This document shows, piece after piece, positions 30,820-43,569 of a stretch of 64,000 bases of DNA. The translations under genes and the position numbers were made by a program. Under the pieces are notes generated by a model, which made no database searches, had not been told where the DNA came from, and saw nothing but the letters and a program-made list of their open reading frames with translations. The DNA comes from Azolla caroliniana (Eukaryota > Plantae > Polypodiophyta): the NCBI GenBank assembly GCA_043228905.1, contig JBHGNT010000004.1, forward strand, positions 2,418,001 to 2,482,000, given 5' to 3'. Within the stretch, counting starts at the first letter, position 1. Every line of letters starts with the position of its first letter.

Positions 30820-33800
30820 CTATGATCTATCAATGAAGTTGATGATGAAATTTTGGACCTTGCGATAAAGGGGACGACTCAAGAAAGCAATGAGAGCATC
30901 AAGGAAGAGTGCGAAGGTGAGGAGGGAAGCATAGATGAAGAATGTTGTCCCAAAACAATCGGAACCATAACATACGAGTGTGTCGGAAGAAGCATGGAGA
31001 TCATAAAGATAGCCTGCAAGGACTCCAGAAAGAATGGATGAACCCGCAAGGAGATGTGTGTTAGTGAGCATGAAGTTGGTGCCAAAGAACTTAAGGCCAT
31101 ATAATTCTGACACGGTTGGGATAGTTAAGGAAATAAGGGAGCCATGACAAAGACCCACAAAGAATGAGCCCACATATAATGATCCTCCCAATTTTCCCAT
31201 TGCTAACCATAAAAACATAGCTATCATCGGTAACTTTGACACCCCCATCCATGTTGGTCTTGGCACACCAAACCTCCTGTAAATATACATCCATTATAAT
31301 GTTACATTTAGAACAAAATCTAGTTTATTAGGTTTGTCATCAATCTTCAAATATTACGTATTTCTATTTAAGTCATTCTTATTGCACGTGCTTTGATGAA
31401 ATATTCATTGAATTTTCATCATGTTATTCATGGTTTTCGTTTGTCCTAGTTCATGTGTCGTATTACACAATTTTGAGTTTGTTAATGAAAGGATTCTCGT
31501 TATTCTTTTGATCTATATTGAATCTTACCATATTATTGAGGCCAACATAAAACTAGTCCCACAAGGCTATTTACTCTAGAGAATGAAAGATTGAGTATCA
31601 ACCTAAACAAGTAATATTGGTAAAGAATAGAAGTGGTTAAGACTTGAACTTGGCAAAAATTTCAATGCGGATTTATGACTTGACATTGATGTGAAATACG
31701 AGTTGAACAAAGATGCAAACAAGATAGATCTGTTATTGGCAACCAAAGGTACCATGGGATTTTATAAGACACCCTCCCAATGCATTATTGACAATTTAGG
31801 GTTGTCTAAACACTCACTCGCATGTTGTATTTAAGAATAATTTTTAAAATTGTGCTTTTAAGAACACAATCTTTGGTTGCCAAGTCATATATAATAAGCT
31901 TGCCTAAACATTCAAACATTTAAACACATAATAAGTTATCTAATTTGCAAGTAGACAAGTTAATTATTGATCAAAGTGTAGATTGCTTATAAACAATTTT
32001 CAGATTAATACCCTAAGGCATACATGCAATTAAAAAGCGTAAAATAGAGAACTTGGTTAAGCCGTGTTGGGAAAGGACCCAAGTAAAAAATAAGTCCCTA
32101 TATTATGTTACAATGCTTGTTAAATGTGGAGATTAATGATCACTTGAGTAATGATTTATTAAAGGCTTAGTTCAAATGATATATACTTGATAGACCATAA
32201 ATTAATTTATATTTGTCAACATACTAGCATAAGGTAGGAGCAACTTCTATGGTAGAAAGCCAATAGACCTCTAATCACAAAGCTTTCAGAATTTTAAAGG
32301 CCTTTTGCAAACTCTAATCTCCATTAATTTTGGGAATATAATCCAAACCTGAACTATAACCAATTACAACATTTTTATGTCAAACATATTTATGTCTAAG
32401 TATGTAACTTCTAGTAACTTGATCAATGTTCAATTTGCAAATAGAAAAATTGCAATGTATATCAAATGCATTTCTTTGAAGGTCAGAATCACAAAATTAC
32501 GAGTTAATTGGATAGCACTAACGACAAACATTGTCTTCATTCACTAGTTTGTAGAGTGCTCAAAATGTTCACCCTAAAGTTATGCACCATTATTTTTCTA
32601 TCCTTGAGATTTCTTATACTAGTTTGTGACATCAAAATATAGATACCCACACGATATAGGAGTATTGGTGTTTTGTGATTCATTTGTTGCTACATAATGG
32701 ATCCCTAAAGTGATGCACCACTAATGTTCTACCTTTGAGATTCCTTATAATAACTTGTGAAATCAAAATACTAATATCCACACAATATAAGAGGGTTTAG
32801 GACATTTTGTGAAGCATTTGTTGCTACATTAGAGATCCCTTTACGACTATAACTCCCATCTCAACAACTCCTTTCAATGAACATGGATACTAATGAATCA
32901 TGATGGATGTAGCTCTCCCAACCTCCATTAATGACACCATGATTGATTTTCTAGAAGATGCTATTGATGGTCTTTGATCATCTGATATACTATCATTTTC
33001 AAGAGTGAAAAGGAGAAAGTAATATGTAGCCTATATCATCAAATGCTTTGTATATTCTTGTGAGTATAAGATGGCACATTTGTGATGTGTTTCCAAATAC
33101 TGGGAAATGTACAATATTGTGCATCACATTCTTGTTGCAAAATGTGCTAGTTGATGGGGATTTTGAATGACAGAAGGCAAATTATTGCATTCAATTCTTG
33201 TTATAGACCACCACTTGGGACATGGATGTGGGAAATGTAAATTATTGTGCATCGTGTTTTTGTTGGAAAGTGCACTAGTTAATGGGGATTTTGTAGGAAA
33301 GAATGCAACATATTGCATCAAATTCTCTCTATGGACCACCATTTGGGACATGGAGGGAGAACATTAAAATTATTTTTGAAGCCTAGGTCAATTAGTATGG
33401 TGTGAGTCTAAAAACGTTTAATGTATAACTCCATTATTACAATGTGGGGCTTCTAGACACACTAGGTCCAGTGTTGGGCAAAGTTTGTAGCCTCTACCGG
33501 AAATTTTCCTGCTTCTCATGAACCTAACCGGAATTTTAAAATTTTGGCCGGCCACGTTCCTACCAACGACAATGTCAACCGGAACATGTTGAAATTTTTT
33601 TTGGCCGCATAACCAAAAAAAATCTAATACAATACCAAATCAAATCAATCACAAAATTTTGGAACCCAAAAACTAAAGATATATATTTACCAAAAAAAAT
33701 TCTAATGGTACTAGTAAAAAATTTCCACAAAAAACCATTACTAATGGTACTAGTACTAGTACTAACTCTAGTAATGTTATGAATAAAAGCTGGTATGCCC

Positions 33801-36800
33801 CTGTTTCAAGAACTGTATCAGAACCCATAAATTATCATCATATTGAAGAAGAAGATGAAGAAAAAGAAGAAGAAAGTGAGAGAAACAAAGTGAAAGACAG
33901 GCATCATGTCGTTCCCCTTGCTTCTAGATCAAGCTATGGTTTTCTCAAGCTCAGTGACAAAAAGGATGATTTGGGCCACATTTATAATAACCTCAAATCA
34001 TTCAGAACAGAGCTTAATCCGATCATTGAAGAAGAACAAGAGGAAGAGCAAGAAGGTATGGGTCACCCTGATCAACATAGCATTCATGCTGATAATGGTG
34101 TAGATCAATTGGAAATTATTAATGCATGGGAGCTAATGGAAGGATTAGATGATGATGATGATGATATTGATGATGGTCATGGTCATTGGGATGGTCATGG
34201 TCTTGGTCTTGGTCAAGAAGGAGGAAAGCCTCTAAATATAGAAAGGTCTTTATGTTTTAATAGGATCCATGATCTGGAATCTTGCTTTGATCGAGAGGCT
34301 AATTCACCTCTATGGAAACCTTATAATGACTTCACAAGACAAAAACCTAAAATGCAGCATCCTCACCATCAACATAGGAGGTTCAAATCTTGTGAAGGCC
34401 TTGATGTAATGCTAGAAGAAGAAGAAGAAGAAGAGAAGGAACAATATGATTGTTATTCTTACATGAAAAAACCTATGAAGTCTACTACCATATATACAAC
34501 AATGGGGATTTAATTTCTTCATTTTTGCACAAAAATAGAGCTTTTATTAGCCATGCATAAAGACCTCAACATGCAATATAATTATGAAAGAATTAGATAA
34601 TTGAATGTTTTATTATAGCTCATCTCCAACAATAATGAGCACAACCTCAAGAGACAAGACATTGTTTAGCTAGAGGAAAGCCAAAATACATACCTCATAA
34701 GAAAAATGAGCAAAATCCATACCTGAGAGTGGTGGTTTGTGCACAGGGAAGAACAAGTAGGGAGCAGTGACCAGGGAACAAGGAGTATCGATCAAAGAGT
34801 AGAGACCAAGGAATAGGGAGCAGGGAACGGGAAGCAACAATAGGGATAAGCAAATAGCGACTGTGAGCAGCGAACAGGGATCAAGAAACGTAAGGTCTCG
34901 AGTCTCGACTCTTGACTCTCAGGAGGGAAGAAAGGGGGAAAGAGGGGGAAAGTTAAAACTATATTTTTGTTATATATACATACCTATATTTTTAAAAAAC
35001 TATATAACTAGCCGGTTGAAAAAATATCAACCGGCTAGATTCCTGTTGGTAGGATAACCTGGCCGGAATAAATTCCGGCATTCCCCCACCTTGGCCGACA
35101 AAAGTCCCAATGCAACAGGAAGGCTGACACTGTTCCTGGGACTTTGCCCAACACTGACTAGGTCTATGTATTCAATTTCCAACATAGGATGCAATCACTT
35201 TTCGTATTACTTCTCATGTAATATGTTCTTTATAGCTTGCAAGTACAATGTAGTGTGTTGGTTTAATCAATGTCACTCACTCAATTCATTGCATTTTTGG
35301 GGAGCTTAGTTGTATCCTACACTTAACTAACAAGAGTTAGATGCACTTGTTTGTAGTTTAAGTTTGGAACAAGAGTTTAATCCATTGGATTTGATTCCTC
35401 AAACAAAAAAGGCAATATGTTCACTCCAAAGAATCTGATTCCATTGGATCTGTTTGTTTTTGTTTTAATTTTGACTCTGAGAAATTTTAGTTCGCAAACA
35501 CATCATTATTAAATTGAACTTCAAACTTAAATAACCATTTTAAATTGAGATCCTTTTCTTTGTTTATCTATGAAATTACATTCAATAGTTAGTAAATGCA
35601 CCATCATGAGGGCCGGGTCGAGTTTAAGAGAAGGGTTGGTCTTAATGCAACCGAAAACGATGGAGGAACAACTCCGATGACCATTGTTTTGGAACCTGCG
35701 GATTAGAAGTGAAGACGGTATGATTCTTAGCCAGAAAATATATTTGCCATGGGGGTAGATGTTAGGGTACAATGTTAGTTCAGTAAGAGACTGGGAAGTT
35801 TTCAAAATGAAGAGGAGGGAGGGTCAGGTTGGTAGTACTTTATTTATTGGCAGACCGGAAAAGGTGACTTAGTTGATAGATAAGGTTGTTGATGGTCTAG
35901 TTAGGTTGAATGACGAAGAGTGGGTCTGGTTTGGGTGGTTTGTAGGTGATGGTGATGCACAAATTATTTGTGGTAGGTGCCCATATAATGAGTATCGTTT
36001 GTGGGGCAACCTAAGTGCTTTCACAAACAATGGCCAGTGGTTGGCAATGCAAGTGGCAGTGTTGGAAGGTAAGAAGTGGCAAGTAAACTCGGACCTCGGG
36101 AAGCTGGAAACTAATTGTAAACTCTGGATATTTGACAACAAGCCCTTATGTGATTTGGAGTGGGATCCACTAGAGGTATGGTGGTAGAAACCGGGAACGA
36201 ACAAACTGGAAGGGTTTTTCGAGTACCATACTAAGCTAGGAAGGCAAATCATTGGCCCTAAATCAATGACCGTTGCTCAAACTCGCAATAGTTGGAGGGA
36301 TAAGGGCATATCTGATGACTTGTTGAAGTCGTTTTGGAGGAGACTATGAGTGTTCAATATGCCAGAAAAAATAAAGCTTTGGTTGTGGTTTCTTAGCCAT
36401 AAGGCGATACCTGTCGGGGAGTCGTTGAGGTATCGTGGTGGGGAGGTTGGTTGCGAGATATGTGGAGACTCTTTGGAATCGATTCCTCACTGTTTTTGGA
36501 ATTGCGTAGAGGCGATTAACATTTCGGGTCAAAGTCTTAGGATCGTGGCAACATGTGGTGTGAATGGGAGAGTTGTATGGGGGGTCCTTCCAAGGGCTAA
36601 AGTTAACAGGGGGAAGGCTGGGCGGAACAGTTAAACCCCCATGGTCATGGATTTATAGTGCAGGCTGACAATGTGTTTCAATGTGTTGGAGTTCGACCTA
36701 GCACAAAATCTGAATATTTTGAGGAGATATGGATGATGGTGGTTTGCTTAACGGTCTAGCACATTTTGACCAAGTGTTGTAAGTTTGTTTTTCAACAGCA

Positions 36801-39800
36801 CAAGCTCCCAAGTTCCCAAGTGGTGAGGTGTTGTTAAACATCTTATTCGACCTGGTATCTTGGTTGCAGGGACAGTACAATTCGATTCAGGGGGAATCAG
36901 ATGAAGCAACAAGAGCTCGGTCAAAGCTTCTACTGAAATGCGACAATTCTCCTATGGTGGTCAGATCATCATCAAGGCCTAAATGGAACTTCCAAGCACC
37001 TAGATGGTTGTTTCTGCCAATGGCTTCCATTAGTGACTAGGAGTTATAAATATGTATACCTATTTTACTATCCCGGACACGGGTAGAGCAAGGTAGAACA
37101 GAACAGAGGTAGGCAAGAGCAAAGTAGAGCAGAGCTAGGGCAGACGACGGAATATTGAGAGATGAGCGAGAAGCAGAAGATAGATGAAGCTGAATATTTG
37201 ACTCTGTAACTAGCATTGTTCACCTTGATTGGGATCAAGGTGAACCCCTTTATTTATACAATTCCAGGAGTTCTGCATGCAAGCAGAGGGAGTTTCATGC
37301 AGGAGCTTTTAGAAAGTTCTAGAACTTTCTGGAACATCAGAAAGAGATATTGAACTTATATGTATTGGCATACATCTGATTTTATGTTTCATCAATCGGT
37401 TAGACTAATTGAGTACATAGACAAAGTCGTGGGTTCGAAACACATCATGACTTGACGTATATATATGACATTACTAATTGACTACATAGACAAAGTCGTG
37501 GGTTCAAAACCCATCATATATATATATGTTATCATCCCTTTAAGGCCGCCCTTGAAAACTCTGCCCTGGTTTCTGTGGATATCGTTCATGAAATGCCCGA
37601 ACTACGTCCGGCAAATGTTTGAGATGTTGTGCCATCTCCCATGTTGCTTCGGAGATCAAGTACCCTTTCCAAAGGACATGGTATTGATGCTAGCGATAGA
37701 AGAGACGAGAGTCGAGAATTTGGTCAACCTCATATTCTTCTCTGGTTGAGAGCTAGATTGGTGGTGGAGGAGAAGGGTTTCGACCGGGGATTTCAGATAG
37801 ATTGTGAGGTTCAAGAAGGGAGACATGGAATACATTATGAATACGAAAGATGGTAGCTCTAAGTGGACAACCATGGAACCAATTTTCTCAATGATTCTGA
37901 AAGGGCCTAACTTCTTGTAATCAAGCTCTGGACAAGGACGAGTGGTGGCAATATTGCGACAGAGAAGCCAAACAAAGTCACCCACCTCAAATCGGGGGGC
38001 ATCTGAACGAAGACGGTTAGCTTGCACCTTGTAGCGTTCGCCACTAAGGGTGATCTCCAAGGAAAGGTCACGATGTACATCCTCCAAGAGACGTGCCCGA
38101 TCCTCCACAAAAGGATTGACACAGTCAAAGGGAAGAGAAATGTTGAAACGGGGGTGGAGACCATAGTTTGTGATAAATAGAGTAACTCACGTAGACGCAT
38201 GTAGAGAGTTGTTGTAGACAAACTCGGCAAGTGGGAGAAGGTCAACCCAATCGTCTTGTTGGTAGCTAAGAGAGCACCACAAGTACTGTTCCAAGATTTG
38301 GTTAACCCGCTCCATTTATCCATCGGTTTGCAGATGATAGGCTGAAGACAGATTCACAGTACAACCTAAGGTTTGCAGAATGCGCCGCCAGAAATTGGAA
38401 ACAAATTGTGGTCCCCAATCAGAAGTGATATTGTCCGGGAGTCCATGTAGTCGGTTGTCTCCTCTCCGTAAATGGTTTTGGCACATGGAGCAAAATGGGC
38501 CATCTTGGTGAAGTGATCGGCCATGACGAACACCGAGTTGTAGCCACCAACAAAGGGAAGGTCAGTGATGAAATCCATGGAAAGAGAGGCCCAATAACGT
38601 TTGGGGATTGGGAGATGTTGAAGGAGACCATATGGTCGATGATGAGATGCTTTGGAGCGAGCACAAGTGTCGCATGACTTAACAAACTCTTTGACCAATT
38701 TAAATGGTTGTGCCCACCAATACCCTTGAGATATCAACTCCAAGGTTTTCGCAACGCCAAAATGACTAGCAAGTGGATCATCGTGACACTCTTGGAGCAC
38801 CCTGGTCCGACACAGACCGCTTGGGACATACAAAAGAGGTTGTTCACCTTGATTGGGATCAAGGTGAACCCCTGTATTTATACAATTCTAGGAGTTCTGC
38901 ATGCAAGCAAAAGGAGTTTCATGCACAAGCTTCTAGAAAGTTGTAGAACTTTCTGGAACAACAGAAAGAGACTATATGTATTCGTGTTTACATCATGATT
39001 CTATGTTTGATCAATCTACTAGACTAATTGACTACATAGACAAAGTTGTGAGTTCAAAACCCATCATGACTTGACGTATATATATGACATTCACCACATA
39101 GACAAAGTTGTGGGTTTGAAACCTATTTTGACTTGACGCGTATATATGACATTACTAATTGACTACATAAACAAAGTCGTAGGTTCGAAACGTATCTTGA
39201 CTTGACGTATATATATATGACAGTTACAAGGTAGTTACCATGTAAAAAGAGTTGATGGGATACTTTCGTTGTAAATGAGGGGTTGGGGGATTGTGACCAT
39301 GTTAAAAGAGTTGATGGGATACTTTTGTTGTAAATGAGGGGGTGGGGACTATGATCACTTTGGTGAGAAAACCAGAGTGAGTTTTGTTGAAATTTGTTGG
39401 TCTTTGATGTACTTTGTTTGCTAACTAATGCGAAGTAGTGGTTTTTTTGGAAAAAAAATTACTTGATCTTACTCATTTTATAGAGCTACATTATGGTCAT
39501 TTTGATGTTTTTGATCAATTTACTTGATGTTACTCATTTTATATAGCTACATTATGGTCATTTTGATGTTTTTTATTAGAGCACTACAAACCATTGCCAA
39601 TTGTTTCATGCTTAGGTAGTGCTATGGAAGTGCGAATATATGCTAGAATGATAAGATGTGCCTCTCTTTACAAATTCACACATCCCAAAGGAAAATGTAC
39701 TTTGCAACAATATCTTAAATGTCGATGTTATCACATTTCCAAGCTCTATTGTAACTCTATTTATTTAGAAAAGGTCACAATATAGAAAAAGTTGCCTTAT

Positions 39801-42800
39801 TGCATGTGCTTTATGTATAAGTATTCAAGACGTTTGTCATCTCTTGTATACGTGAAGAGTTTTGATTCACTAAAAAATTGAATGTCCTTCTCCTCCTCGT
39901 GTAAATAATAGGAAATAGTGAGACGATGCCCAAAATTTGTATGTATTTCGTAAAATAATAATGTTCTTCTACAAATCAACTTGCATTTATTATATGACTA
40001 CTTGAAAAGTTGCTTTATAAATGAAGTTTGTTCGTTGTGGCAAAAGACAAGGACATGATTCGACATTAGATAATATCACAAAGTGATAAACAAGCCTCAA
40101 AATTTCTCGGATACTAAAGTGGTGAAGGAGATTCAATGGTCATTTGATGCCATGTGGCAAGTCTTAGAGCACGTTTAAAAAGGGTCACAACAAGCTATGA
40201 ATGGGCTCAAGTTTCGACTCCTTTTAGTGTATTGATCAGTAAAAATTTCACTTCTCCAAATGAATGTTTCACAACCTACAAATAAAATAGTTTCATACAA
40301 AACTCGAAGATCCCAATTGTGACATGAAACTGATAGGGGTTATCTTACATGGATCGCATTACACATCAAGGTAAAGCAAATGCTTTCATATAACACTCTA
40401 TGCCACCGACAAGTGTTTGAAGGCAACCCAAGAGTCTTGGTACAATATTTGGGAATGACAAATTTTCAAGACCATCTTTCGACTATAAGAGAAAGCTAAA
40501 TGATTTTGAAGAAATATAATAGAAGAAAAGCCATTAAATTGGCTTCAAAAGTTTCACATAAACAATTGCTCATAGAGAGGTTTCTTTTTCAATTCTTACC
40601 CGAAATGTCCATTTTCTAACATATTCCACAATGTATGTGTTTGTATATTGACCGTGCATAAAAGCTTCTACAAAAACTAGGCATGGGGGATAGAAGCTTC
40701 CACCGAAATGGGTTGGGGGAGTACTGAATATTAGCCGCCATAATTTTTACTCTTTGTGAGGTTCCGAGGACATTTACTAGGTCTATGGTTAGTTGCCCAA
40801 TTGGATTGTTTGCACAAAAAAAGCATCTACAAAAATGGGCTTGGGGAATAGTGATTAACTGTCACAAATTTTTTACCCTTGGTGAGGTTATGTGGACATT
40901 TACTAGTGATGTTGCCTAGTTGGATTGTCACTTCAAGAACAACGCTTCCACAAAATTGGGCATGGAAGATTAGTTGTCTCAATTTTTATCATTTGTCGGG
41001 TTCAAGAACATGGCATGTGGGATAGTGAATGTAGGTAAAGTGTATGAAAGGATGGCTAGAGACATTTGTGAAAGTGTAAGATAAATAAGCGAGATCTCTT
41101 ATGTAGGATAGGATAGTCTTGCACGGCCTACCCGAGAAAGGGATCGAGTTTGTGTATATTTTAACTAATGGAGTATATTCGTTTTTGGAAAAATGAAAAA
41201 AGAAAAGGGAGATATTAAATGGAATCCATTGACCCATCTCTCTCTCTCTCTTGTGAAGTGCATTTACTTTCTTCATTAAGTAGGATGCTTTCTTCATGAC
41301 AGTAGGAATACAATGAAAACATTCACTTTAGATTATAGCATATTGAAAGGGTACATTGAAAAGGAAAAAGAGGTGCACCTTATCGTGTATTCGGAGACGT
41401 AGCCGGAAAGGATCCTGCCCATAAAGTTGCCCAAGCTAAAGAGCGAAGTGAACGTTGTAGTTGTGCTATACCCGAAGGATTGCGCGACTTGACCCAAGTT
41501 GTTGACAAATGCCATGCCAGATCCTGCTCCACAAAAGAGGGCAAAATAGAGCACATAGTAATGCCATGTCTTGAGGAGGGAGAGAGTGGAGATGTCCTCT
41601 CCTAGCCCATGAGACACAAGGGACAATTCATGTGCACAATCGATCATATGGCAACAACACCCTCTTGACTTGTAATAGCTAATGTCACTAGTTAATGCAT
41701 TTCCTTTAGCCTTTCCATCATCATTGTCATTGTCCAAAAAAGGCTTTGTCAATCTGTCTTTCTCCAAATCCGATTCGACGTAACTATTATTAATGTTGTC
41801 GTTCTTTTCGTGATCATTGTCGTCGTGATGACTTTCCGGTCCATCACTACTAGTAGCATCGCCGATAAGTTTTGGTTTCACACCTTGATCGGCCGGGACA
41901 TAATGTTGATGATGATCGATGGAATGGTCATGATCTTGGCTCGTGAGCCTCTTCATTTGGAAGTACAAGAAGAAGGGGACGGCGGCGGGGGCGGCGAGCA
42001 ACACGAAGAGTAGGTTCTGGAGGATGGGGTTGTCGGTGAGGACGGGCACGAAGGCTTGGAGGATGATGTAGGAGGCGAGGCACATGGCGATGCCCGTGAA
42101 GGCGACCACGGCCCGGCGCTCGAGGTTCTCCTCGCGCTCGGTGTCCGAGGGGGGCACGGTCTGGAAGAAGAGGGCGGTTGCGAGGGTGAAGGACGGAACG
42201 AGCACGAGGAGCATGAGCACGAACATGGAGGAGGAGCTGTCGAAGAACCTCTCGCACAGGTTGGAGTAGAGCGCGGCCGACAGCCCCATGTAGGCCTTGA
42301 AGAGGCCGACCACGGGACCCCGGTTGCGAGGGAAGTTCCGGACCGCCACCGTGAACACAGACGCGTTCATCCACGAGATGGCATTGCCGGCCGTCATGCT
42401 CACCAAGAACATCTGATGCAGCAGCAATTTTCATCCACATTATATTATCCAATTCCCAAATTATATACATACTAGTTTGTTTCAGTTAGTTACACAAAAT
42501 TGTCCTAATTATTGATTCAACATTGTTTTATTATGTAGCTACTACTGTCAAAAAAAAAAAAGTTCATTATGGAAAGAAAGTGCCATGGTATATATAACAT
42601 TAGATGAAGATGATAGATCCAATTGTTATACATATACAGTACAGTTCATTGAACCAACACAAGGATGATGACATAGATGAGTTGTTATGAGGATGCATGA
42701 TGATGCATGATGATGGAACCAATCCATGATGCATGATAGAACCAATCCAGGATGATGATGCATGATGCATGATGGAACCAATCCATGATGATAATGCATG

Positions 42801-43569
42801 ATAGATCCAGAATATAAGTTGGTAATTTCTACTGAACTGTAGCACAGATGTAAGATGATTGTGCATATAATAATTGAATCGATTTATAAGCACAAATTAT
42901 ATGGACTGGATGTTCAACTAATGGATCCATGGGATTGAGCCAGTGGATCTGATCTGCCTTCCTCTCCTAACGATCGAATCCATCATCGATCCAAACTCCA
43001 TTTAACTTATATGTATGTATGAATGAATGAATGTACCACATATGGAATGCAGAGAGTGAACTGTTACAACAACAACAACACTTTTATCATTTCATATCCA
43101 TCACATATGTATGTATGAATGTATGAATGAATGTATGTATGTATGAATGTATGTACCACATATGGAATGCAGAGAGTGAATCAAGTGGTGTGATGGATAT
43201 GAAATGATAAAATTGGTGGTGGTGTTGTTGTAACAGTGGAGTTGATTGATTTACCATCCAATAGGGCAAGGGCTGGATGGTTTGGGAGATGACAAGGAAG
43301 AGGAGGCCATAGCCGAAGAGAGCGACAGTGGCCCCAATGCAGAGAAGGGCGGACGGTGGCAGATGGTTGGACAGGATCCCAGCCACCACGCCCAACGAGT
43401 CTCCCAAGTCCTTGGCCACGCTCAGGCGGTTGAGCTGCGCCTGGCTTATCCCCATCACCGCCTTCAGCGCTGTGGAGTAGTTCGCAAATCCGTAGGAACC
43501 TGAGAATATCATGAGCCACATGGCTGCCACAAACCCTGTCCATCTCCTCACGAAATTCCCTCCCTCCAT
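30820..43569 (-). CDS. Nodulin-like / NFD4-type major facilitator superfamily transporter, ~601 aa
   Basis: Exons (-): 43569-43255, 42412-41379 and 31276-30820, all GT-AG, 1806 nt in frame. Motifs: [77 protein letters not shown]. Confidence 0.92.
33469..35156. mobile_element. Non-autonomous hAT DNA transposon (1,688 bp) with captured gene fragment (Pack-hAT)
   Basis: Perfect 16-bp TIRs CAGTGTTGGGCAAAGT / ACTTTGCCCAACACTG. Perfect 8-bp TSD ACTAGGTC at 33461-33468 and 35157-35164. Subterminal CCGG-containing repeats are present. No transposase. Confidence 0.9.
33779..34513 (+). CDS. Captured 5' fragment of a plant glutaredoxin-like gene (At5g39865-type N-terminus), open 244-aa ORF lacking the Grx domain
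   Basis: The motif [13 protein letters not shown] is typical of the disordered N-terminus of this family. The context is acidic and low-complexity, and the ORF lies between the hAT TIRs. Confidence 0.55.
   Translation: MNKSWYAPVSRTVSEPINYHHIEEEDEEKEEESERNKVKDRHHVVPLASRSSYGFLKLSDKKDDLGHIYNNLKSFRTELNPIIEEEQEEEQEGMGHPDQHSIHADNGVDQLEIINAWELMEGLDDDDDDIDDGHGHWDGHGLGLGQEGGKPLNIERSLCFNRIHDLESCFDREANSPLWKPYNDFTRQKPKMQHPHHQHRRFKSCEGLDVMLEEEEEEEKEQYDCYSYMKKPMKSTTIYTTMGI
37047..39222 (-). mobile_element. Ty3/Gypsy chromovirus 2, internally deleted (integrase + chromodomain only)
   Basis: LTR at ~37047-37530 and partial LTR at 38840-39222 ending TATGACA. Integrase CHDD..HFG..CDTC, SMDFI and KKLGPF. Chromodomain [24 protein letters not shown] at ~37540-37740. 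The left boundary and TSD are not resolved. Confidence 0.88.
37312..37334. promoter_or_regulatory. Heat-shock element (5 perfect units) in element 2 LTR
   Basis: GAA-ag-TTC-ta-GAA-ct-TTC-tg-GAA. The counterpart in the other LTR is at 38931-38958. Confidence 0.7.

Larger units (their letters stand above)
35600..39458 (+). mobile_element. 5'-truncated L1-like LINE (zf-RVT region), split by Gypsy element 2
   Basis: [55 protein letters not shown] and [11 protein letters not shown]. The 3' end CTAACTAATGCGAAGTAGTGG-Tn-GG-An lies at 39421-39458. The 5' boundary is approximate. Confidence 0.78.

Noticed and set aside
41928-42475. Long overlapping alternative-frame and antisense ORFs
   Set aside because: These are an expected by-product of very high GC3 in MFS exon 2.
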